Shown: piece after piece, positions 50,101 to 63,799 of the stretch
Layout of the letters: every line of letters starts with the position of its first letter
How positions within the stretch are numbered: the stretch's first letter is position 1
From: Hydrolagus colliei
Lineage: Eukaryota
Direction: 5' to 3'
DNA length: 64,000 bases
Assembly (NCBI GenBank): GCA_035084275.1
Contig: CM068749.1
Location: 16,306,001 to 16,370,000, forward strand
The notes under the pieces: generated by a model
Databases searched by the model: none
Told to the model about the DNA's origin: nothing
What the model saw: only the letters and a program-made list of their open reading frames with translations
Made by a program: the position numbers and the translations under genes

Positions 50101-52429
50101 TGAAATTTTCTGCTTTTGAACAAAATATCAAAGGGCCTTGTACTTTAAATTGGTTCATAAATTGGTACGCCCAAGGATAAATAAAGTGTTTGTTTGATGC
50201 CAGTTACACTACGTCTGACCACTATCTTTTCAAAATATTCAGTGGATTTGCAGCACTTTGAAACAAAAAGTTCAGAATGCTGCCATCATGCTTCAAATCC
50301 GGTAGGAACCGAAAAACACAAGAGCATTGTCAGTCAGCTTTCCGTACTCATGTGTAATATCATGTGCAATGACCTGTCATTATACATGAGCTTAAAACCC
50401 AGTTTGCTGGCCAGCCGGCCACTGCTTTGGAGGCGTACAGTGTGGGCCAGCATTTTATATCTCCCACCCAAACTATTGCCCTATAGCAGAGTCATCCTGT
50501 CATGAACCAAATAAAGTTTCCAAACTTTCCCTTCTCAAACTTTATGGAGTCCAGGCCAGCACAGGGTTCTCCAACTTACTTAATAATGATAATCCTTGCA
50601 TCAGACAATAGGCTTCTATTCTGATATCAGTTGAAATGAGAGAAAAATCCAGATGGAAACTTATCTAAGTTCTAGCTCACTGAATCTATTACTGTATTTC
50701 TGTCGGTTCCAAAAAAAACAGTAATTAACGATTTATTATTGCCTGAAAGTATGGTTTAGATAGAACAGGGATCAACAAGAGTTCAAGCAAGCCTCAGAAC
50801 CATGTAAAAGCATAACGGAATATGTCGTCAGAATCTGCAGTTCCTTGAGCTCATGTAAAAAGCATTAGAAATTAAAGGAAAAATGTATGAATTGTCAATA
50901 GCATTTTCAACATCACCGAGCAGCACCTAACACAGATGAATACATTTCTGGTATAGCTTGGGTAAGTGCAGGTGTAGCCTTGCAGCCATGGATTGAAATT
51001 GCTTTGGAAATCACAGGAAAGGCAGAACCAGATGTAACAAATAAAAGGAAGTTCAGCAGTAATTAACCCATGCTGTGGGAATGAATGATTTTAATCATTA
51101 TGCAATTTATCTAATTCTCTCTTATTACATAAGAAGACATAGCTTTTTGAAGGGAAATGTAAAATAAAACCTGTGTTTAAGGAAATAGGGACCTGCAATT
51201 GACACGTTTTAAGTATTTTCTTCATTTGCCTAACATCATCATTGTGCTTTTGGAACATGCTTCTAACCTTAGACGAGTGTCCTGATGGAGCCTTTGATCA
51301 ACATCGTCTTGGACTTGAAGATAATTAAATTATCACACTTAGTTCACTAGAATTACACTATATTGGCTTCCAGCCTTGGAGAATGCCAGGATTTCGAAAA
51401 GCTGTAAGTTCATTTGGACACCATTTGACAAGAACAACAGAATACGCCAACTCCACAGAGCCTTCCCTTCAGTTAAAGCTCCAGTTTGAACGCAAAAACG
51501 CCATATGTTACAAGCGTCCTGCAAAGATTCCTGGTAGGAGGAGAAATAAATTCAACTTGTCACATCTGCTTGTGGCCCAATCAAGAAGAAGTTTATCATG
51601 GCTTGAAGTGGTTTACTAACTTGCCTGACATAAACCTGAGGGGCAGGTGGATTTGGGAGCTTTACTCTCATCAAAATCTTATATTTATGGAACAGTTTGC
51701 ATTACAGGAAAAGAGCGCACTATTATCCAACGATGCTGCAAGCCACCAAGTCCTTCCAGGTAAACTATAATCATAGATCTACATATGGAATTCTGGAGTT
51801 ATCTAACCACATAGCTACCAGATTGTGAACTTTCATTGTGTTATGAATGGATGAGAAATGTTCAATTTATACATTGTTCCCTGCAGTGGATGGTATGAAG
51901 TGTAATAAAATAGGTCAGAATAAAACTGGTGGCCTGTATTAAGCCTCGTGCTGTAGTTTATAGAATCTCCAATACAGGAAAAAACGAGATTTTCTATTCA
52001 TTCATTTATTCAATAAATGAAGAAAACTCCTGCCCAAAGCTTCCCGTGGAGCTGAAAGAAAATCATGCTTCCATTTTAACAAAACTGTCCAGATAGTAGG
52101 ATTAACTCTTTTGATACTTAAGAGTATGGCTGACATAGAAATATGTTTAATTCTTCTCAAGTCAGCATTTTTTCCTACGATCTGAATATTAAAGATACCA
52201 CTATAGCTACCTTAGAAAGAATAGCCGGGTAGCATAAGTAACAGAGTGCTTGCCTGTTGACTTTAATCCTAGGACCTGGCTGCCACTCAAGCCATCAGTG
52301 GAATATCACACTTATGACATCAGATTGTCATAAACGTCACTTGCTACAATATATTACCGTAGTATAAAGAGGCATGGGAGTTTAAAAGCACCACCCGAAG
52401 TGTACTTCCAACCTGCCACTCTAATAGCA

Positions 52430-52582
52430 ATAATCAAAGAGGGCACAGGTTACCGGTGGGGAAATTTCAGGACAGACACCCTAAAGTATTTATTTACACG
52501 ATAAAGTAATTAACAGCTGGAACAGGTTGCCAAGGAAGGGTGAGTGAGGGCAGCAACCCAAAGCAGCTTGATGGTGTAATGG
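52430..52582 (+). mobile_element. Old CR1 3' ORF2 fragment
   Basis: agagggcacagg (RGH), YLFT, VINSWNRLP, KQLD; similar to 8727-8900. Confidence 0.65.
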
Positions 52583-54051
52583 CAAATATTACAGTAGTAA
52601 TTCTGAAAGGTTTTGTGGAGTAAACGCCCATGGAAATGCGGGGAAAATCTGTTTTGTGTTTATGATTGTTATTCTAATAATATTTATTAATATAATCATG
52701 TTGTTGAGATGTCTCAAAATGCTTCGCCGAATATACCATAACGTCAATTGACTTTTTTTGTGGGGGTGAAACACGGCAGCCAACTGCATACAGCAGTGAC
52801 GGAAAATAGCAATACCGGTATATAAATATCTAATATGCGGACCATTAGATGCAAGCTCACATTTACCAGAAAGTAGTTTCATTCTGTTCACTAGTAGTCA
52901 GTCATTGCTGCTGTAAGTAAGTCTTGTTATTACAAATTGTTTTCATTTAATAGGATTTTACTGCATTTAAAGCTCTTGCTATTACAGCATTTCCTACCCC
53001 TGAACAGAGTGTAATAATTCCCCTAAAGAACAGTTTAGTAGTAAAATAAATTTAACTTAAATGGTTAGGAGGTTCTAAGGGCAGATTTTGCAATTGCATC
53101 AGGGCATTCAAAGGATTTGTTTTAATGTTTGCAAGTGAACAAGGTTGTTACTCTTATCCTTACACCAGCCAGGTATCACCATGCTGAAGCAATCATATTG
53201 TCACTGAGCTATTTGTGAATGTGTGTCGCTTGTTGGCTATACTCCCTGATTAAACATGTTACTAAATTGCAGTCTTGTTCTTACCCAACACAATGACTGC
53301 AGTGAAGGCAGGCAGAATCATCTGCCAAGAATGCATTTCCTTCAAACCTTGAAAAAGGTGTGTTGGTGAAATGCTTAATCACGTCGAAAATAATCTATTT
53401 CAAACCATTACATTCAATTAATCATTCGAGTAAATTAAGACTTTATCCAGCTCAAAGATGATTATTCAACATTATCAATGGTCATTTTTAACAACAGTGA
53501 TGTAACGTCCCTCCCAGAATCTTGCTACAAACCAACGTGGTTCAATACAGAGTATACCAAACAAGCATCTGAAAAGGTTTCAGAGAGAATCCCAATGAAG
53601 CTGTAAAGTAAAATTCTATTGATTGGGAATTGAAGGTTACATGGCTTTGTTTTTGTCTGACTGAACTGAGCCAAAGCTGAGTGATTTAAAATTCAATACA
53701 TATGAACTAGAAGGAGAAGAGAGCAAATCCATCGTGCCCACCGAATCTGCTTTGGCTTTTGATGGTGTTGTTGCAATACCAAATAGAGTAAGGGGTTAAC
53801 ACCTAAGCCACTCTAATGCAAAACTAATGCAAAAAGCATTTATTCCTCCCTTTCATCAATCATTTTTGTCTGAATAGATCTTAAATATAATTCTTGTCAT
53901 TTTTAGATATTGTAAAGATAATATGTTAAAATGAGCAGCTTATATAACAAAGAAAGGTCTTTGAGATTCCTTGCTGCATATGGACAAAGGTTCCAGACAA
54001 GCCTTTTCCATTGTTTACTGCATTTCATTTTGTCATATTTTTGCTAAAAAT

Positions 54052-54338
54052 TAATCCTTGCATTTGGTATAGAGCTTTTCACGTCTTCTAGAAGTCTCAA
54101 AGAGTTTCACAGAATATTATGTAAAGTGAATTGACTGTATATTTTGTGGGCGAAACATGGCAGCCAATTATGCAAAGCAGTCGTGGATTGAAGTGACCCA
54201 ATTTTTTTTGAGGGATTATTATCAGGCATAATATCAGGAGTAAGGAAACTTGCCCAAGGTTTTGCTCCTCTGGGAATCGAATCCAGGTCTCTCACTTGCA
54301 AGGCGAGTGCTCTAACCACTGAGCTAAAGGACTCCATA
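54052..54338 (-). mobile_element. Full-length tRNA-Ala-derived SINE
   Basis: Minus strand: tatggagtcctttagctcagtggttagagcactcgccttgcaagtgagagacctggattcgattccc (A box, TGC anticodon arm, B box), aaaccttgggcaagtttccttactcc, Deu-type block and L2-type tail. Confidence 0.92.
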
Positions 54339-55793
54339 AGTGAGCTACTTTTTAAAATGTGACTTGCTCTTATGAAGCAATCCTTGTTTCCATTCATTTC
54401 AATTATTTAAATCAAATAAATCAATGTATATTTGACCCTTTAGACATCTTGAGGAATTCAGAATGATTAGCAACAAATGGGTAGCACACATCTGTACTGC
54501 AACCTGAGAAAGCAAACTTCGCTTGTGGTGTTCTCTCAAACGGAATGTTGTGTGCGAAAGACAACCTTTTTTTAATTAAAGTTTGACATCACAAGAAAGG
54601 ATACAATAAAAGATCTTTTGTCCACATGATTTCTTAATTCCAAATAAGCAACTCTATCACCTTATTATAATAACAGTAATAACTCTATTGTCTTCCTATT
54701 AGAAGCATCTTCTTTTTCTAAATCTGTCAGTTTCCCGCCCTCTGCCACCCTTTGGTAACCCGTTCCAGCTGCTGTTTGCCCTCTGGGTGATTTCTTTTTA
54801 ACTTTTGGAGCTTGTAGACATGTGTAAACATCTTGACAATGGTTACAGATGAATAGAACCATTACTGTTGATACAGCTTTGTAATTAAAGGCAATGCAGT
54901 TGTCACATTTAATCTTGTGTTTTGCGAGACATTGTTCTCATACTGTCAAACACTTTAGACCATTATTGCAGAAGAAAACATGCAAGTAATGTTGTCTCAA
55001 ACTCCTCAGTTTGTGTTGGATAGCTATGTACTTAATTAAGCAAAACCAGACACACTAATTTATCGAATGGATTAAGCAGTAGGGTAACTAAAGGATGGTA
55101 TGTAAGGTTGTCACTTTTTAAAATAAAAGTAATAATAAGCTTTGCAATTGATGTACTGCCTTTCATATTGGGAGGACTTTTCTTGCTTCACAGATTTTTT
55201 TGTAGAGACCCAATATACTGAAATGTACTTCGCCTCACAAAACGTTTGACCTCAAGTGGCTCATATTGTACCAATATGTAGAATACTTGTTTTCTGTATG
55301 TCTTAGAATGTTTTCATGTAATATATGCATTAGTGTCTTGGTTAGAGGTGTTGTGCATTACTGGACTTTGCACAATGTGCTACTTTATATAGTACCAAGG
55401 TAATTTGGGGTCAGTTTCCAAAGTAATTATTGTGGTACTGTATTTTGGTGCCAATGCTAATGTAAACAGGTAATATAACAACACATCATATGCTTTACGA
55501 ATAATTTGTTCAATTTATCTACCACAAAACACTTTCAAATGTCTTTTTTTTCACAAACTATCAGTTACAGTTTAGACAAAAGCATACAGAGAGCCCGGGA
55601 TAGTTTTCAGCTTATCAAATGTTTGAATTAATAGATAGAATGTCGCAAGCTCAGGTGAAATGTACCGTGATTGAACTTGCTGCTTTTTGCATTTTAGCAA
55701 ACTTTTAGCCAGATGACCTTCTGATAAAACTCTTTATCTAGTATAATTTTGTGACAGCAAACAAGATTGCCCTATAAAAGGATTGAAGTGTAA

Positions 55794-55834
55794 GCACACA
55801 CACACACACACATGCGCGCGCGCACACACACACA
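55794..55834. repeat. (CA)n-TG-(CG)n-(CA)n alternating purine-pyrimidine tract
   Basis: gcacacacacacacacacatgcgcgcgcgcacacacacaca: 41 nt of uninterrupted alternation. Confidence 0.9.
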
Positions 55835-56932
55835 ACATATGCCATTACTATTTTAGAAATAGGCTGTGCAATGAATTATAGTTTTTATATGGCTCTGTTG
55901 CCTTTTCCTGCACACTGAGGTATGTTCTGTAGTATAGCGTCTGACAAAAATCAATACCTATTTGACATTTGAAAAAACACTTTCAAATGTCAGGGTTTGG
56001 CCAGAGTAAAAAATGATGGTAACAATTTTGTTCATATTGTGGTGTTCATTTACTTATTCTTCATTCACTTTGCACTGTTGCTACATAAATCAAACCAGGA
56101 AATTATGCAAGCACATTTTGCGCTTACATAAACAGTTTTATGTTTAATTTCATTCATTTTGGTACCTCACTGTTCTAAATAACTGCAAGTGTTCTATTAG
56201 CAACTTGCAATATAATCACAAATAATACTGAAAGCAATTTCTACCAATAATGAATGTATACAGTAACAGCAATGTAAAATTACCCATCAATAAAGTCAGT
56301 TTAATTTTAACCGTGCAGTTATTATCCCCATACAAGTGTCACCCCAATAAATAAATTAATAAATACACTTCAAGCAACAGCTCTTGGCTGCTCTTCTGTA
56401 TTTTAACTCTCTTGCCATTAAATACATTCATATTAAATTACACTTATGAATATTTATGAACTCCCCTATACTGCACAGTCTCAGAACAGTTTTCTCGCTT
56501 GATGTCATACATCCAAAGAGAATTTGGAAATGAGCATCTCTGAAAAATGTACTCTTTTACATTTAGATTGGGATTTCTTTTCACAGTTTCTGTGAAATGC
56601 GGAATTCAATCTGTAATTGTCATTATAAATCAGTTTCAGAAATCATTCAGCATTTCAAGGCACAACAACCCAAAAATGAAATCTACATTATAACAAGATT
56701 ATTAAAGGCTTGTTTCTTGTTTGCCATCCCTGTTAGATTATTGTGATGTAACATACAGAGTAATCCTATTAGTGTCTCTTCCTCTCCCCCACCTCACCCC
56801 CACCTCAGCTCCCACACCAATTTGACCGTGGCTTGACTTAGAGTAGGTCCACTAAGCGCTAACCGGAACACAGTATTCTCAGTTTCCAGCACTGACTGCT
56901 TGACTTCTCATACTAAGAAATGGCCAACTTTG

Positions 56933-56946
56933 GGGTCATCAGGTCA
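56933..56946 (+). promoter_or_regulatory. Candidate DR2 nuclear-receptor element (RARE-type)
   Basis: GGGTCA-tc-AGGTCA matches RGKTCA-N2-RGKTCA exactly, in unique sequence; motif evidence only. Confidence 0.4.
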
Positions 56947-57784
56947 ACGTTATGTGCAGGAAGCATTGTTAATGTCACTTCCTGGGCGCTGCATAATGCA
57001 CACCATGTGCAAGAAGCACCAGCATTTTGTTAAAGTGATCTTAATACACCAAAGGTGTCACAAACAAATAATTGCTGTAGACCAATATTAATATTAGCAG
57101 CAGCCTGGATTTTGGCCAACTGTGGACCCTCAGGTATTGGACCTAGACAACCGTGGAGTGTAATAAAGGAGTTACTCCGAACGCATAGGGTTTAGATTTA
57201 CTCTTCAACAACGCAATGCAAAGCCACATTGCACAATTTGTTACTGAACATGTGATTGCACCACTGATGGAGAAAAGCTCCAACACCACAGGAACTCAAA
57301 TGAATATTTATCAAATGAAATCTTTAAATTAATGGAATTTAAACTAATATTGATATATGTCTGGCAGCAAAATGGTAATGTGACACCTCTGTAATTATTT
57401 CTGCATAATTGCCGCCCAAACTCATTGTGGGTTCACATGAAGTGTTTGCTGATCCACAATGAGCCATCATCTAATATAACAGTTGGAATCAATATTATAC
57501 AATAAGGGAAATTAAGTATGATAAATAATCTCAGATTTGAATGTCAATGACCTGAACTATTGTGTTGAATTGAGAATTAAAGAGGTTAGCAGAATGTTAC
57601 AAGGCTATAATATTAGAAGGGTTTCGATGATATAATAAACAAAGTTTGAGCAATACGCAATTATATAAATCCTGAGCCTTAACCTTTCACAGCCAGTCTT
57701 TTATTCATTGCTTTGTTTGCCAATATGATTTTGGCGTTTATGTTTATTCACCTCTATTATCCCTTCATTTGACTTTTTCAAATC

Positions 57785-58122
57785 ACTTCTTGCAAGTCTG
57801 CTCAGTTCCAACATTCACAACCTTCAGCTGATGCAAGACTCTGCAACCCACATCTTCACGCGCACCAAACTCCATATCCCTGTCACCCATGCTCCACCAG
57901 ATTCTTCACTGGTTCTCTGGCTCCCTAAAAATCCACTTCGAGATCCTCACCTTCACAACAAATCTGTTCACCTCACACTTATAATCACTTTCCCAACCCC
58001 ACTCCCCACTTCGCTCAGCATCTGACACACGTGAAGCACTCCAAGATTGTATCCTCCTTAATGGGAGCCTCCCGACATGAAAGGCGTTCTATAAATGTAA
58101 TTTTGTTGTTGGTTGTTGTTGT
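57785..58122 (+). mobile_element. Old L2 3' fragment with internal deletions
   Basis: LQLMQDSATHI, tail gtgaagcactcc...ctcccgacatgaaaggcgttctataaatgtaa(TTG)n. Confidence 0.8.
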
Positions 58123-61100
58123 CTGTATAATTAGTTATTGTTCCTGTTATTGCATTTATATTTTCTTAGCACTATTTGTATTTTCTTTCACTTTATCATT
58201 GTGAGATAGAATATTAACAGAATCACCGTCTCTCAGAAACCATTGCTTCTCAGAGTGGGAATGTTTTTTTTCTGTTAAACAAGATTATAATGTTATAATG
58301 GAATGGCACCAGCTTTCATATGGTTGGTTATTTCGGCAGATCCCATGTGTGTGTAAAAAAACACACACATATATTTATAACGCCAACCTACATTTGTCAG
58401 AATTACTTTCTAATTAAAATACTGGATAAATTCCACAATAAGTTCTGGAAAATCAAACCTCATGAAAAGATTTTCCTTCAAAATGTATTGCCTTGCATAA
58501 ATGTCAACATATCTGTTAGAAAATGATGGATGCTTGGAAACGATTATGAAGCAGTGATTCAATTGAGGTTTAGGTATCTTAATAACCATTAAAGTAGCAT
58601 CTGAATATAATTTATTCACTCAAAACTATCTATGGTCCTCTATGTATTGTATGCACAAACTTCTATATTAGACAGTTTACTAATCAAAAGGTTCACACAC
58701 TAAATTCAAGGTTAAAGTAACACTTGTTAATTTCCCATGACACTATTCGAAAAGAGAAGAGAATTTCCCCCAGTGTCCTGACAAACAAATCTGGGGAATT
58801 TAAATGTTTTTTTCTAGGTTGTACAGTAGTGAAAATGTTGTAGTTAAACTTTTTTTAAAAAATGTTAATTTGCAGATGTTAATCCATAATCTTTACTGGA
58901 TCAAATCACCTCAGTATAAGGATTCTTTACTACAGGAATGGAAAGTCCATAAAAATCTGAGATAACAGTTCAATGTTTTCAAATTAATTGAAATACACTA
59001 TTCAAGTGCAAGAAACCACAGCAACCACAAGTGGATTGTTTAAATACATGGAGTATCATTTTGAAATGTAATGTACTTTTGAATGTGGGGGCTCTATTCA
59101 CTAGATGGATCATTGGATTTATAATACCTATCTAATAATTTACTACTGTATGAAGAAAGGCAAACATTAGAAACAAAACCAATCTATGAACTGGAGAGAA
59201 GGTAAAGGTAGTAATAAATAGCTAGACAAATGGCATTGCACAGAAACAATAGTGTGGTGAATGCAGTGCAGAATAAAGATTGATGATCTAACAGTAAACA
59301 ATGAAAAAGGTTTATTCTAAATTCAGAATCTGTTTATTACACAGTAGTTCAAAGCATATTCACTTTAAAAGGTCTAAGCCTATATAACATTTTTTATCTG
59401 CAGTTCTTTAAATGCAATTATTTCATTTGCTATACACAGAGTGACAAATTATAATAATTTGCCAAATGCTAGAATGGGTAATAGGTAATGTTCAAATAAA
59501 TTGTACTATTGTAAATTGTATATTACAATTATATTGTATAAATAAATTGTAAATATTACTGGTTACTGCTGATGAATATTATTATGATAAAACGCTTTCC
59601 TTTAGATTCTATTTATTACTTTTTTATAACTTTCAAGATTTAGCTAAGAACTTAACTTACACTTTACAAATCGACTTTATTTTTATTAAATGTTAAACTC
59701 CAAATGATCAAAGTGAAGAAACATTTGGTGGTAGTTACATCAGTGGTGGCCTCACAACTTGGAAGTGGACCTGTTTTAGTAGTTGTTTGGCACATGCGAT
59801 TTGAGTCAGCCGGCTGTGCACATTCTCAGTGAATGGGGCTGATATACCACATGCGTTCTGAAGAACCCAGTGCTTTAATGGCATATTATAAGAGAGCTGC
59901 ACTGTACACTGGAAGGATAAGATCAAATGAACCCAAAATGGTAATGTTCTTCTGATAGTGTAAATTGTGATCAAAAAATGTCTCCAGTTAAGGAAAGCTT
60001 TTGGCCACATTTAGTGCATACATCTCTTTTAAAACATATACTTTTGCATGGCTTATTAGGCTGCAAAGTAGTTTGTGAATTAATTAGCACATAATCATGC
60101 AGTGCTCAAACAAATGAATAAAATGTAACTTTTATAGTGCTTTACACAGCATGCACCAAATTTGTGTTGTTTGTACATATTGTGTATTTTGAATTAAGTA
60201 TATACTTCAACCAAATGGAGTTTTTAAGTGTTTAAATAAGAATTACAAGTAAGGACAATAGTCACTTTTTTGTTTGGTTGCTCAATTGGATACCTCCGAA
60301 CCTGGTCATAATAGCCACTGTAGCTCATAACATGGATTGATTGCAGTTTTCTTCCATTTGCCCCAGAACTAGAATTTGTCCACCAGGTCCCTCAAGCTAG
60401 TCCCTAATGTTTTCATTGCAATTTGGACAGACATGAAAATTTCTACAGAAAGTCCAACAATATAATGACATTGTACACATCACCAGGTCACTAGCACCAC
60501 TCATTCAAGGCTACAAAGGCAGCTGCTATTTACAATGCAATCAAATGCCTGGATGACATGAACCAAACCAGTATTAAATCACCAACTGATGTGCTACATG
60601 ATTGGAACTACGATTTTAGATCATTTGAAAAATGCTCCTTTCGAAAGGGCAGGGTGGGCTAGGATATGGAAGTACAGTATGTTGTTTTTGAGGCAGCAAC
60701 AAAAATCATATTTTATCTCAATATTTCCACAATTGGAAAAGGATCCACCTAAACAGATCTGTTCACTGGGCAAAGAAGGATAAATATTTCAAGTGATTCT
60801 TTGGGAGCTCAGAGTTAAGAAAAAGAAGAACCAGAAGTCATGACGTTTCTGGAATCAAAATACAGGTGGGTTGTTAAATATTAATACATCTCCATGCTGT
60901 ATGATGTATGCTAATATGACTCATTTTCAAAGAGCAGGATTCAGCCTAACACTCTCGAGTGCTTTTTGTATATGATTTTATCTTTGAGGTGGGCAGGTGC
61001 AAACTTGAGTACCAAAGTGCTGAACCACAAGTGTGGGGATTTATTTTTTAAACAAGGTGAATTAAAAATGAATCCATCCATCCGATTAATAATGCTTCTT

Positions 61101-63436
61101 ACTAACCCACCTCTCTGCATAATGCCGGTTGCATTCTCTAATCTCAAGGACTAGAAAGCAAAGTTGGCTTTGGTTCAGACACTATGCATGTTTTATGCCA
61201 ACCTCTATTCATTCACCCTCACATTAGAATAAACTGCTATATCTTGATTCCCTAATGCAGAAAAGGACACAGGCAAAGCAAAATGACTACCTTAACGTTC
61301 CTCAAACAAAACTCTGCTTGAAGTGAAATCTGAATTACTCTAAACCTGTCCCCTCCCCCCACTCCACACTTTGTAAGCCAAAGCTCAATGGGTAGGGTGG
61401 TCCAAGCTGGACAAACAGCAGGAAAGCTTGCCAGACAGTCCTGGCAACAGTATGTTATATGGTTTTAGTTAGTTTGATTCCAGCCTTGCATACTCTGAAG
61501 TCCCCAAGCTTTGGCTCTTGCCACCTTCACCTAATGGTAATTAAGTAAGCAGGATGTGTGTGATAGAGTGTGATTCCATTCCAATAAATATCTATGGATT
61601 TCCATGTGAAGTCCGGATGCATGGAAATCTCAGTTTGGGTTGGATTCTCTTTAAGTGTGGTGATGGGTTTCCAGGTGTGTCTGACTAAAAAAAAGCTACT
61701 GTTATAAATGCATCAAGGAGCTCAGCTTGAACTGAAATTGCACCAGATCCTGGTTCATTGGGGGAGGTGGTTTCAAAACTTGCAGTTGGAAAATCTAGCT
61801 TCAGGTACCCAAACACAAATGGCATTAACTATGATTGATGATTGAAGACATTAATTTTTGTGGGTTTTTTATACTAAACCATATATTTTAAATTTTATTA
61901 ATAATCCTTGTGAAATTTAATAATTGAAATCTATCATTCAATGAAGAATGTGCAAACCATGCTTCTTTTAAATTATGCGAATGCAATGCATGCAAACTGA
62001 TTTGAATGGGACTATTCGATAGAATGCAAATCTCCTTGGGGTATGATTTGTCTAATGGGACCTGCCCTAATGCAGACTCCTTGGAAATGGGACCTGTTTC
62101 TGCTCTGCAGGAATTCACAGGGCATTTAGCTCTTTTTATTATATAATAACACTTATTAATATATTATTAAGCGTATAATTATGCTTACTCATGTCCAATT
62201 AAATTTCTGAAGTCCTGAGGTACTCCACTAATTGAAACTGTGGACATCATTAAAATCACTTTGCAATTTGAAAGTTGGAATGTTGGGGGAGGGAGAAAGA
62301 GATAGATGAGACAAAGGAGAGGAGAATACATTGGAGCCCTGATATAACACCATAGTGCTCACCATAACACTATAACAAGTGCCGTAGTCAGAAAGACAAT
62401 ATTGCCAGTCACCAAATCTCCATTCACTGCATGTACCTGTCCGACTGCATCAGCCATTGCACTGGAAGCCAAAGTGACTGACTTCCGAGTTACCAGGTCA
62501 CCATCAAGCTGACTTCCTTTGTGCAGCATATGTACTGCTAGGTGAAGTGATGGTGGTAATCTAATGCTCACTAAGTAGCCATTTGGGCTTCCCATTCCCT
62601 AAAACATGGCTGATTTCCCATTGACTGAGATGATAGCAATATAGCACAGTGTCAGAACTGACCACGTTTAGAAGGTGGAGAAAGGACAGACCACTTAAAC
62701 AGCATCACAAATCTGATTTATCAGCACTTGTAACCCCAAAGGAGGGCACATTTTTGGCAGGTTTTGTGAATAAAACCTTCAATTCAGTTATGTGGAGAGG
62801 TATGTAAGGTGAAGTATGTGACAGATGAGGGGATGGAATAAACTTGGTAGTGAGGGAAATGACAGCTTGGAGTATCGAAGTTTAAGTGACTCTGCTATTG
62901 TGTCAGCTCTTGTTGTAGTTTAGGTTAGCTGCAATTGCTTTCAGTGGACAAGGAGACTGTACAGGTGCCGTCAATGCCATTAATTCCAATGTCCGTGACA
63001 TCTCTGTTATCGTAAATTGAGTTTATACACTTGAGACTGCCAGTATTCCTGCTCCAATTTAGCTATGTTCTAACTTGATTATTACCAAATTTACTGCCGA
63101 ATTACTACTCTGTGCATTTTCTGGTCATGGACAAGCAATGTCAAACAGAATTAGATACCCACATGAGTGGCACAAAGAAAATTTTCAAACAAGGATACTA
63201 CTCAAAAGCCTTCTTTATCTTGCATCTCTAACTCTCTCTCACTCTTCGTGTATAAATTCTCTGGGATTGGGGTGCATCCCTCCAGGAAGACAGCCAACAC
63301 TTTACCAAAAAGGCTTATTTTAGACAACTTAAACACCTGTGGTTAAGGAACCTGAACCTTATGCAGATACACCAGTGATAAATAGCGGACGCTTGAAGGA
63401 GGAGTTGAATATGGACAATATTCCATTAAGTCCAGT

Positions 63437-63705
63437 GACAACAACATCAGCGACAACAAAATTTCATTTGTAGAGTGCCTTTCAGTCAGGAGGATGTCCC
63501 AAGCTGCTGAACAGTCACGGGTCGGGACTCGAGGGGGTGGTGGTGGTGAAGTGGGGAGGGGGCAGAGAGGTAGGATGGTGATTGAAGGCATGGTTGAAGA
63601 GGAGGGTCTTGAGTCTGGCCTTGAAGGAGGCACGGGAGGGAGCCCAGAGGTGACAAACGCATATGTCAAGTCTAGAGGTGACCAATGCATGTGTAAGGGA
63701 GCAGG
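63437..63705 (-). mobile_element. L2 3' end joined to a duplicated HAFVTSRLD segment
   Basis: Minus strand: LTHALVTSRLD and YAFVTS, then ASFKARLKTLLFNHAF, C-rich UTR and tail ttgggacatcctcctgactgaaaggcactc. Confidence 0.82.
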
Positions 63706-63799
63706 CATGACTTAAATAATTTGCATGGTTTATCATATTATGTTAGGATAAAATACTTGTGGGTTATTACGTACTCAGTGAAGCAATTTCTTGGTTGTT

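Noticed and set aside
61597-61629. 10-bp inverted repeat GATTTCCATG/CATGGAAATC
   Set aside because: Short stem with a 13-nt loop; compatible with chance or an eroded MITE.
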